64,000 bases of DNA from positions 14,756,001 through 14,820,000 of the forward strand of contig OZ059894.1 of assembly GCA_964057225.1 (NCBI GenBank), in the 5' to 3' direction. The notes under the pieces are model-generated. The model did no database searches. It was given only the letters and a program-made list of their open reading frames with translations, and had not been told where the DNA came from. Each line of letters starts with the position of its first letter. The stretch's first letter is position 1. This document shows, in pieces, positions 53,083 through 64,000 of the stretch. The stretch comes from Auanema rhodensis. Lineage: Eukaryota; Animalia; Nematoda. The position numbers and the translations under genes are program-made.

Positions 53083-56000
53083 CTAATCACCATATTCCTG
53101 ACCAAAAAGCATATATGAGTACCATATTCAGCTTGACGTTTTCTGTTTACTACCCTAAATAATGCAAAAACTATGAAAAAAAAGAAGAAATCATGCATTA
53201 CTTTAATAATTTTATAATTAAAATAATTAAACTTAATTAAAACAAAAAATTATAATTTTACAATAGAAATGAATGAAGAAACAAATATAATATACATATT
53301 GTAATCTTTTCATTTATTTTCTTTTTTCTTTTTCATCTTCTTTATTCTTCGAATGTTCCCCCACTTTCATCTTTAATCACAAGCAAGTTTATGATTTGTT
53401 TCTAATGGAAATGAACAAGTAATAAAAGCAATTTTTCAATTTTCCAAACCTATGTATGTAACATCTGCACAAAATGTATTGTTTCTCTGAAAATTTTATC
53501 TTAACGATTTGAAAAAAAGCTTTTAAATGTTGGATTTTGGTGAGTTACATCATTGCTAAAAGGCTAACGAAAAGAAACTCCTTAACACTTCTCAACTCAT
53601 TTGGGAAAACTGAAAAAGAATTGTTGAAAGGAAAGAAAAGGAATATAATTGACTTCTAAATAGCTTGTAATATAAACTTTTTCATTTACTATTTACTAAT
53701 TCAACAGATATTCTCTCTTTAATGACGTCATTTCTACTCGTAAAGAGAATTAAATGGTAAACAAAAGTTTTATCCGGAAACAAGCTGTGTTGATGATGAT
53801 CATCATCATCACCATCCCCCACATGAATTTGTGCCGAAAATCACACTTTGCATGAAAGGAAATTCCAGTAATTTTAGATTCTGACGCTATTCATTCGACA
53901 AAATATCTTTTTTCTGTCATTCATTTACTCAAAAAGATCAAATTTACTTTCAAAATTCAGACAAAAAAATGGAATTTAGTTGTGAAGCTTTGAAATACAA
54001 CTGAATCAACCATAGCGGTAAAATCATTTAAATTAAAAAAGCAGCATTGATTGATTGTTGTTTTTAATAACTCATTTATTGCCAAAAAAAAACTTTTATT
54101 TTTCATCTTATTTATCATTTAATTAATCTTTTTTATTTTATTTTCAAAGCAATTTCAAAAAAGAAAAAAACCATTAAACTACATCACACTTTTAAAAGTT
54201 TGTGTCGTTTTCATACACACTAGTTTCGTAATTTACAAAAAAAAAACTGAAAAAAAAAACATAGCTAATTAAACTTTATTTCTTTTTATTCCACCAAAAT
54301 AGCTTTTAAAACAATACTTTTTCCCTCGTTTTTTTTGTGTCTATTATTCATTTAGATTGTAACAGACAGATATGTATGTATACATCTAATATATGTTTTC
54401 ATTTTATTTCTTTTTTTTTGTTTCGAAATGATTGCTTCTTCAAAGTCTATGCAGATCGCCAAAGTCTATGCACATCAGACCTCCCCTTCTCTACAAACAT
54501 ACATACATAAACACATTATATACACATACTATGATCCAAACTATATTTCTGACACAAAATATATTTGGGTCTGATCTCTGAGACTTGTGTGATGAGCTTT
54601 TTGAAATTGAATAAAATGCTTAAGCTTTGTTGATTACGTTTCATTTGCAAAAAAGAAAGAATTGAGAAAATTTTACTTTATTATTATATTTTAGTAGTTA
54701 TAGTAATATACTTACTTCAAACATAGATTTTCAAGTATTTTTTTATAAATTTTCTTTGAGGCCATCTTCTTTTCTTTTTGCGTTTTGTCAATTTGTTTAC
54801 TCAATACCTTGTCTGTTTAAGGATGCATACTTAATAACCAATATGTATGCATTTTCATGCTTTTTCATATCTAACAACTTATTTCTATTTTCTACACAAA
54901 AAGTGCTTTGTTAATATATTTCATTCATTTTTTAAACATTTTAGAAATATCATTCATAAAAGTATTTTTCCATATTTCCAAGAATTAACATCATTATGTA
55001 GCTTTTCTTAAACCTTTTGTTACCTTAACCGAACTTTTACCTATACTTGTCCCTTTTCCACATTTCTCCAGTAAATAAGGGTTTGCCCTCCCTATCCCCT
55101 TCTTTCATTCCATTATCTTTATTTCTTTTTATTCTTGCCCATTCTCACTCTCTCTTTCTTTTTTTCCCTCTCTCTCTCTCTCTCTCTCTAATTTTTTTTC
55201 TCAATTTCCTTTCCTCACGTTACCACTTACGTTTTTAAATTTGGAACCGTTAAACGTTCTGTATATTATTGTTTCAAATGAATGATGGAAGTTTCCCTCT
55301 TCTCCTCTTTTTTCAAAAAAATAATTATATAACTCCATGAAAATATCTGAAAAATAATTCTAAGTGTCGTTGTATAAGTTAGAAATATATAAATTATATA
55401 TTTGATGTCACCTGGATATTCCATTTCATCCCTCATTTTTTCAGGTTCTCGTGGTAACTTTTTTATACAAAAACGTCATATATTTCACACTATACGTATT
55501 CATATTATAAAAATATAGGAATTCTCTTTCTTTTATTAGGTTTCAAGTAAAAATTTAATAATAATATTTTACAAATATTTTTTATTCTTCTTCGTTTTTA
55601 TTTTGTAAGTTTTCCATGATTTTTCACAAAATTATGATGATAAGAGAAAGATGAGATATAGTATAACTTACAAGGAAACATGTTTTTTTTTAAATATTAT
55701 CATTTGATTTGCAAAAAAGAAAACTAAAATTCGCAAAAACAGTATGTTTAGTGTTTTCAATCAAAGTTTTCATTGAAATAGTTCATGTTTCAACTTTATT
55801 CTTCAGCTTCATTTCTATTTTCTGTAATGATTTGGAAACATAAAAAAACTATAAATGAGTTGCAAAATCCCAAAGCTAAAAGCTTTTTTTCAGTCAACAT
55901 GACGATATCACTAACCTCCAGTGTGTACGCTAGCTAGTCGTCGCAACAAACATTTTCCTTTAGCTTAACATATGATTAGAAAAGTTTTCCATGCTTTTCT

Positions 56001-57999
56001 TCTAAAACAATATTATATAAATGTTTTTTTTTAAATAAAAAGACTAAGATACATATATGTATATTTAGAAAACAAAAAGATATAAATAGATAAATTATTT
56101 TATAAATTAACTTTTAATGAAAAGAGACTAAAATTTATTAAAATTTTTAATAAAGAACTTCTTATGAATTATATCAAAAGGACAACATATTTTCATTAAA
56201 TCTACTTAGACATATGCACGATATTTCTATATATTCTCTCTATAAATTTTTAATAAATTACTTATTCATTATCAATAATATTGATAATATTTCAGAAAAA
56301 TATTTTGTTTGTTCTACGATTCGTATAGAAGTATATGGATTTACAGAATTTTATGTTTTATTTTTTGAAGATTCTCCTATAGTCAAGTGGTGTTCCTAAT
56401 TCTATATATCTTAATTCATAATTCTCATCTTCCTTCTACCAAAATTCCGTATAGCATCCTTTATCTTCTCTCTTTCTCTCCGTTTTTTTTTACTTTTAGA
56501 AGTAGAAAGCTTACTTTTTTTTAATTACATTCCAAACCTTACAATGATTTTAGTATACAACATCGAATTGAATCCATTCATATCAAATAATTTGAAGAAG
56601 AAAAGAAAAACATATAAACATAGTAATTATATTAAAATTGAAGATGAAAACTTAATTTCTTAGATAATAAACTTATTTTCATATGTTGTATTTTGTTTCT
56701 CACACATCAAACATAAGTTTTGATTTTTTTTAAATTCAGGAGTTTTTGAAGATATCGAAGACAGATCAGTGTGTTCTCATCAACCTGAAATAGATTCGAA
56801 ACAAAACTTAAGATCTTCAATCATTCGCTAAATTTAACGTTGAACATGTTGTATTTTTCAGTTTTCCCTCCTTTTTTTTCTTTTTTTCTCTTAATCTCTT
56901 CTTCTCTTTTCTTTTTTTTTTCTATCAACCTATCACTACTCTGTCTACATCAAGAATTAGTTTACTCTTGATGATATGATACTTTAATCTCATCTCTTTT
57001 CACGTTTTTTAAAAACTTTGAAAAGCTTACGTCATACTCATTTATCATGAAAGAATGGAATAAGACCGAATGTATTTAAAAACCTCGAGTCCACTATCAT
57101 ACTTCACGCAGTTCAGTCATTCATTTCCCTCTTTTTCTCTTTTGAATTTTCACGATTTCAAAACTCTCTTTTTCTTTTTTGGTTCTTATGAAGTTTGTGA
57201 CGCAAAGAAGGAATGAAACAGCTTCAAATCTGAGACTAAGGGCCTCCATAACACACCACACACAGACACAGACACAGACACACGCTCAGAGATTGGAACA
57301 TCATCGCAATGAATCTTTAAGCACAAACTCTTTTGACGTCTCCGATTACCAGTACGACTGATCTGTAGAATATATACTATGTTCGTAATATGTATATGTC
57401 TATATATCTAATTCTGGAAAGAAAAGAGAAGTATATTTTTAGTTTCATGGGAGCCATTCATAAAGTAAAGCAGAGGTATCAGACAGATGAAAGAAACTTC
57501 CATTCTTCTTCAACAGGATTATTCTTCTTAACTTCCATTTTCGTCCTATAATCTATTTTTAACGCTTCATGTCCCTTTAAAAGTAATGTTTTTTGGTTGT
57601 ATTTCTTCATCACTTCTTCTCAAACATTTCTCAATTTTTTTTAATTTTAACTGTTTTTTTTACTTTATTTTTCAATTTTTATTTAACTTCTTTCTATTTA
57701 AATATATTTACTTCTTAAAGTTCAACAAAATTCGAAATTCAAATATGAACCTAAATTATCTTTGTAATTTCACTAGAAAAACAAAGAAACGATGATGTCA
57801 GACATTTCTTATCCCTATATAAAGCATCATTCATCGAAATAATCTTAGGAAAAGCTGTTAATGTAGTTCAAAACTTGATGTTTTATAAGATTTTAAGAAG
57901 AAAATTTAAACAAAAGAAATTTTTAAGAGAGCTTTCTGTCTCAGATTTTAAATGTTCAGCCATTTCCATCTTCAACTTTTCTTCTTTTTTCTTCTCCTT

Positions 58000-58003
<4 letters not shown>

Positions 58004-58067
<64 letters not shown>

Positions 58068-58078
58068 TCTCTTTCTCT
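58004..58078. repeat. (TC)n microsatellite
   Basis: ~75-bp TC run. Confidence 0.93.
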
Positions 58079-59699
58079 TTTTAAGATTTCATTCATCGGA
58101 AACGCTTTTTTTTTTCAAATAATTTTCAACCCAATGAGAGGAACATTTCTTCTAATTTTCAATCTTTTGCTTTTTTTTAACCTTCAACTTAAATCATTCA
58201 TAAGGGATGTAGTGGGACAAGATGAGAACACTCATTTTGTTATTAATTTTCCGTCAGATTAGTATATTACATTCACACAGGGGTTCTTTCTCTTTCTCTC
58301 TTAGGAATCTCCCTCCTTCTCTCCCTCTTTCTCTCTTTAAAACTTCATATATAATGAATAAAATTCTGAGTTTATTACTATTCATCTTCATCATTATCAA
58401 GTTGGAAATGAAAAATGGGGGGTTTTCGAGCTATCATCTATAATCTCCATCCTTATTTTTTCCTCAAAAAGGTATATGAAAAAGTGTTTATGTAAATAAC
58501 ACACTGACAGTTAATGATGGGACAGTTCAATTAATGGAATATGATATTCAGATTTGCTAAGCTAGAGTCTAGATTTTTGTTCAAAATCATAGCTACAACC
58601 TGAGACGAATGAGAAAAAAATGAGAGAGAATAGAGGGAGTGAGAGATTTGAAATCCTGTGATACGAGTTCAGATTACAGTGTTCGCTGCTCTGAGTGATT
58701 CATGTATGAAGCTGAAAATGTCTGAAAACGGGAGATTCAAGGACACATGTTACTCTCATCATACCACAGACTCTTGCTATTTCATTCTATTTCACATTTT
58801 TCTGCACAGCTTCAGCAGACGATTAATGAATCATAGGACCTGACTTGAACGACTGTTAGTGTAAATGCTGCTGTCACATGAACTTGAGCTTATTTAAGAT
58901 ATGTGTGACATGTAAGTTCACAATGTTCCAGGATAGATTCTGCCGTTCTCAATGAGCTCTTTATGCTTTGGATCTATCTAGCCATATCTGAAAAAAGAGG
59001 AAAAGAAGCTTACCTCGTCATTTCATGCGATCATATAGCACAGAATCTTTGAATCTATTTTTTCCTGAAATATCAAGCATGCGTATTGCCAAATATGCTA
59101 CTGGAAGACGATTTATTTTCTTTGTTTCTTATTATTTTCCAATTTTCACACGGATTCTTAAACCACTCTTGCTTACTCTTCTATACAATTGTATTTAATT
59201 CTGCAAAGTAGAAATGTTTCCCTACTTCTATTGTCTGCTCTTTATCAAAATTCATAAGCTGTTCATTTTGCAACTTGGTAGCCAACTTACTTTAAAGTTC
59301 AAAGAAATCGTCTAAAATTTTTTATTTTAATGGCCGTCATCGAAGAAGATCGTAAATCTTCCAATTTAATTATATCATTAACTACAGTCATACCCACATG
59401 ACAGCTGTTTCATTATCATCCCGGGACTCCATTTTCTTGAGAAAGTTCTGCAACTTTTAGTAATCAAGTTGTGAGCTAAGAGTGCAATTCCTCAACCAAA
59501 GCTTACCAATAAATGGCAAAAGGATCGAGATGCATCTATTGAACAATCATTTTCGACATGAAGTTCAATTTGACTTATTGGATGACAAGGAAAAAGAAAG
59601 AAAATTAGAGATGTTGTGTCTTACCATACTCTTCTTCACCAGGTCGCACATACATATCTCTTTCGTCCTTCGTTTTCTCTCACACTCTAATCTTCTCTT

Positions 59700-59730
<31 letters not shown>

Positions 59731-62314
59731 ATCCTCCTGTTTCATTCACTTTCTCTCTCCCTCTATTTGTTCCTCACTCACCAAATTTTTTTCTTCGATA
59801 ATTTCTTCCGAGGCTATTTTGATCTTCATACCTGATTTCCTCTAAGACATCTTGCTTGAACACTAATAAACTTTAGCTCTTAAAGCTCATTTTCTTTGAT
59901 TTTTCCATGTTGACGGTTCATATTTCATATTTTTTTTCTTCCAATGATTTATGCTTAGAAGAAAACATAAACATTCAATTGAAAATATTCTTTTCTTTCT
60001 TTTGAAATCATTGTATTGATATTGATATAACATTGTCTGTCATTTTTTGATTTAAGAATGTAAACTTGGAGTCTAAAGTTTGAAGACATGACATTCAAAC
60101 CAATATCAAGGCTTCATTTCCAAATTTGTTGTAGTCGTAATACTAAAACTTCTCATTTCGTGGGTAGATGTATGTATATGTATGAATGTATGTGTGTGTG
60201 TGTGTGTATGTGCTTGAAACACCAAATCCATGCCTTCCATAACACCGAAAGCTCATTTCTTCTACTTATAGTCGTTCCTTTTTATGATTTAGTAAGAGAA
60301 AAAAAGAAAAAAAAAGTATTTCTTCCTCATTTTACATGTAAAACTCTGAACACTCATCATATGAAGTAATTGTTATGTTTTTCATCGTCAAAAGCTTTTT
60401 TTCCCCTTCATATCCGTATTACTTGATACGATTTCTTGAAAAAAAAAAAAGAAACCACTTGTCTAGTTTTCTATTATCTCAAATTAAATGACCTTTCAAG
60501 TTGTTCTAATTCATATTAATAATATATACTTCAATTGTGTTTACATGATGAAAAACAGAATTTGATTGCCTGAACTTTCCATGCTTAACTTTAATGAATC
60601 CAACACCATGATAAGTTTGTCACATAGCTTCATGACATTTTCTTAAAATATATTTTTCAACATCTTATATGCTTAATCATATTAGATATATTAGTTGTTA
60701 TTCAAATATTAAAATAAAACTCATTTCTCTACCATATTTCGCTTTTTTCCAACATTCCATCACCTCTCATTCTCATTGAACTCCTCCCCTCTTCTCTCCC
60801 AAAGCTTCTTGTCTTCCCTCCCCTCTATCTATCTCTTCCTCTTCAAATCTTCAGTTTTCTCTCCGATTAATAAAAAAGAGAAAACTCATCTATCATTTTT
60901 CAAGTTATAAGAGGTTGTGTGCAAAAAAAAAACTATCCAAAATTTTGTTCAGATTCTTTTAAACCTGCTCTTTGTGTCAATCATTTTCGAAATGGAACTC
61001 AGTGATCTCGCTAATCATCGACCCGGAATTTAATTTTTTTTATTCCTCAAATATTTATTCATCCATAACCGAGTTTTTTACCTCCAGGCAATATTAATGC
61101 TCATTTTACAAAACTTTTTATTACTCTTATTCTTTTTTTATTTGTTTAAATAAATAAAAAGGGAATATGATAATATTAAATGAAATGAAATGAAAAAGAA
61201 ATTTTTTTTATGTTGTCGCTAAAGATCCTACTTTCTCCTTTCTCAGTTGTAACCAGTTTGTGCTCTTAGACAAGGGCTTCAGCTCTGGTTTAAACATCAT
61301 CTTTTGAAATTCCAATACATCACATTAATTTGAATGAGTCAGGTACGATTAAGCAGAACATTTCCTTGTCCTTCAATCAACGAAATTAAGAACCTGGTCG
61401 TGTATTTCAGGGTTTTGAAGTAAATATCTAGAAATTGTATGAAAGTTCATACTTTATTTGTCTATCTTGATGTGTTTGAAAGGGTAATTCAGTCTTCATT
61501 TATCATTTCAAACTGATTGCAGTTACGTCATCAACGGGTAAATCCTTAAAAACCCTCGAAAATATATTATTTTCTTTCATTTCTTGAACTCAAGAAAACT
61601 TTGTATTTGCAAGCTTTATACATGAATTACTGAACATACCCACATATATAGACAGCAGCAGTATGATGATATCATAATAACATCAAGAGACGAAAAAAAG
61701 GATAGTTTAACAACATCATCTTATGCTTTGTTAGTTCTTTTTCTTATAAAAAGTCTCAAAAGAATTTAATAAGCACAATACATTCATACACATTTATCAT
61801 ATGTTTTTCTCTTTTCTGTCTGTTGATGTTTTCTCAATTTCATACCAACCGTTAAGCTGTTCACGTCAATTGCAGTAGTCCACGTGAACTCCATCATTCA
61901 AAGACTCATGAGATTATTTCATTATTGTTTTTCGCATGATTCGGTTGTGCTTTCAGCAATTCTTAAGCTATAAACAATATTTATATATTTATATATGCTT
62001 CCTAATACTTTGAAACGTGAAAAACCTTGTTTTTCGAAAAGAATTTGTTGACACTATCTTCGTAAACTCAACTGTCTCATCTTTTCTCATTTCTGAATTA
62101 GTAATTATCAATATATACATATTATGTAATATGTAATTATTATTACTATTATGCAGCTCTATTCTCACAGTTCGATTCTTTGTCCTCTTTTTACTTTATT
62201 TGCTCATTCTCTCTGCTATCCATGTTTTCCTTCAATTAATCTCGTTGCCCATCTTTTTTATCTTTTACTTCACTTCTTTTTCACTTTTAAATGTATTTTT
62301 TGTGATAATTTCAG

Positions 62315-63143
62315 ATGGCTAAACACCAAATGTCGTCCGTTTTCTATTTGTTGTTTATATTATCCTGTTTGTTATTAGTGGCAACTGCCAGTTATATAGA
62401 TGACCAGGACGCACGAATTTCTAACGAACCGGAAGATGGTATGTTCATATACATAGATTTATAAGAATCATTAACTATAACATGAAATTTTAAAAATTTT
62501 TAATGATATTTTGCTGTTTGTAACACATAAATAATATAAGTTAAAGTATTAAATATGTTTTTTTATTGCTAAAAACAACATTATATAAACTATAATTCAT
62601 TATATTTATAAAAATATATATTATAGTTCATTATACTTTAATGATCATGATGTGGAATTTATTATGTTTTTGCTGTTTTTCAGTTGATAAACGTGCTCGT
62701 AATCCATATTCCTGGATGGAACGTTCCCCAGAAAAGAGGGCTCGTAATCCATACTCCTGGATGACAGAAGATCTCGATGATAAGCCAAAGAGAGCTCGTA
62801 ATCCATACAGTTGGTTGGAAACTTCTAAGGTATAGCTTGTATCAATACAATATCCCTTCTTCATTGCCTTATGAAGTGATTCATTGATATCGTATTTCAT
62901 GAAATACGGTATATATTATCTGTAAAATTGAAAAAAAAAATTTCTTTCTGCAAACTAGCTATGCATATACATTATACAAATTAATAAAGTTATACTGCTT
63001 CTTATCTTTTTCTTCATTTTTAGGCTAAAAGACATCTTCGCTTTGTTGATGACATTGCTCGCCAACCACGCAATCCTTACAGCTGGCAATATACAATGTT
63101 CGATAAGCGTACGCGTAATCCTTACAGTTGGCAAAATATCTGA
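62315..63143 (+). CDS. Neuropeptide-like protein precursor with five RNPYSW peptides
   Basis: Three exons, with the ATG directly after TTTCAG. Signal peptide MAKHQMSSVFYLLFILSCLLLVATA, an acidic spacer, then KR-delimited ARNPYSWMERSPE, ARNPYSWMTEDLDDKP, ARNPYSWLETSKA, HLRFVDDIARQPRNPYSWQYTMFD and TRNPYSWQNI*. Confidence 0.93.
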
Positions 63144-64000
63144 GCAGAATCGTCTGAGTTTAAGATATTCGGATTGAACGGTCTCTTCATTCTCTCAACC
63201 TTCTCCTCTTCCTTCATCTTTTTTTTAAACAAAAGCCAATTTATCTAGCCTGGGCAAAAGCTTTAACTTGTGAACATGATAAATATTGTGTTTACTTGAA
63301 CAATAAGAAAAATTGCTTTTTTTACAAATAAAATAGCCATTTAACTATTTCAATCTCAATTAATTTTTCTTGAGAGATAGCTTACATAGTGTACACTTCC
63401 CTCACCTACCCGGTACATGAAGGACCACATTCATTACATTGATCTCACATTTGAAGGTTGTACTACTGCTGTTCCAGTAAACTATCTCCCTCTCTCCCTG
63501 TTTCTTCTTATCTCTCTTAGTATTTTATTATCTCTCATTCTCTTTCTATCTATTGCTCCCATTGACTCAATCCTAATATTAACCTGTCTATTTTGCTTAC
63601 AGAATTTCGTTTCCTAGTGTATCTTTTACACAATTTGAATAAATAATTTTTTATTATAAAATAATTAATTATTATAAAGAAATATATATCATTTTTATTA
63701 TAATTAAACCAGTATAATACATAATTCAAAAAAAAAAGAAAAAGAAAGAAAAAGGAAAATAAACATACTTATACATATGTAAATAATAAGAGAAAATTCA
63801 TGTATAATATACAGAATATTTCAGATTATAACAAATTAATTTTTAAAAGACCCGTAATGATTAAAAGTATTTATAACACCTGAGATTAAATGAAATTCAT
63901 GATATGATTAGTAATATATAGAGAAGAAATATTGGTTTGATTAAACTAGGATATCTTCGAATGTTGTCTTCCTCCCACCCATCATCATTTCAGTTTCTTT

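Noticed and set aside
57180-57370. Exon-like GC-richer patch upstream of the neuropeptide gene
   Set aside because: Contains (CACAGA)n simple repeat; no partner exons or recognisable peptide on either strand.
58872-58910. TGTCACA...TGTGACA fold-back as a miRNA
   Set aside because: Stem too short and too mismatched for a pre-miRNA; no known seed recognised.

Overview
Eukaryotic, AT-rich nematode genomic DNA, with many ~40-55 nt GT-AG introns, TTTCAG-type acceptors and trans-splice-like acceptors just before ATGs. Gene models were spliced by hand, so CDS coordinates give the start-to-stop span including introns. The first ~34 kb is very gene dense: a convergent pair of secreted Ala/Pro/Val-repeat proteins separated by a 535-bp Merlin-type DNA transposon derivative, a small 4-TM protein, mRNA capping enzyme (cel-1), a single-domain TIMP, an AIFM3-like Rieske/FAD oxidoreductase, a LAPTM-like 4-TM protein, GINS psf-1, CCDC32, a divergent Kaptin (KPTN)-like protein, triokinase/DHA kinase, angel (angl-1) and the crossover RING protein zhp-3. 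The last ~30 kb is gene sparse and microsatellite rich: two tandem alpha-type nAChR subunits (tentatively ACR-27/ACR-26-like), an F-box gene and an RNPYSW neuropeptide precursor. The most notable observations are the KPTN-like gene in a nematode (in a probable operon with CCDC32), a perfect palindrome supplying AATAAA to both strands between two stop codons 32 bp apart, convergent genes whose stops are 14 bp apart, an optional mitochondrial-presequence-like N-terminus on AIFM3, and a local gene-conversion-like tract plus Grainyhead-like sites in the AP-rich pair. All family assignments come from recalled motifs, not database searches.
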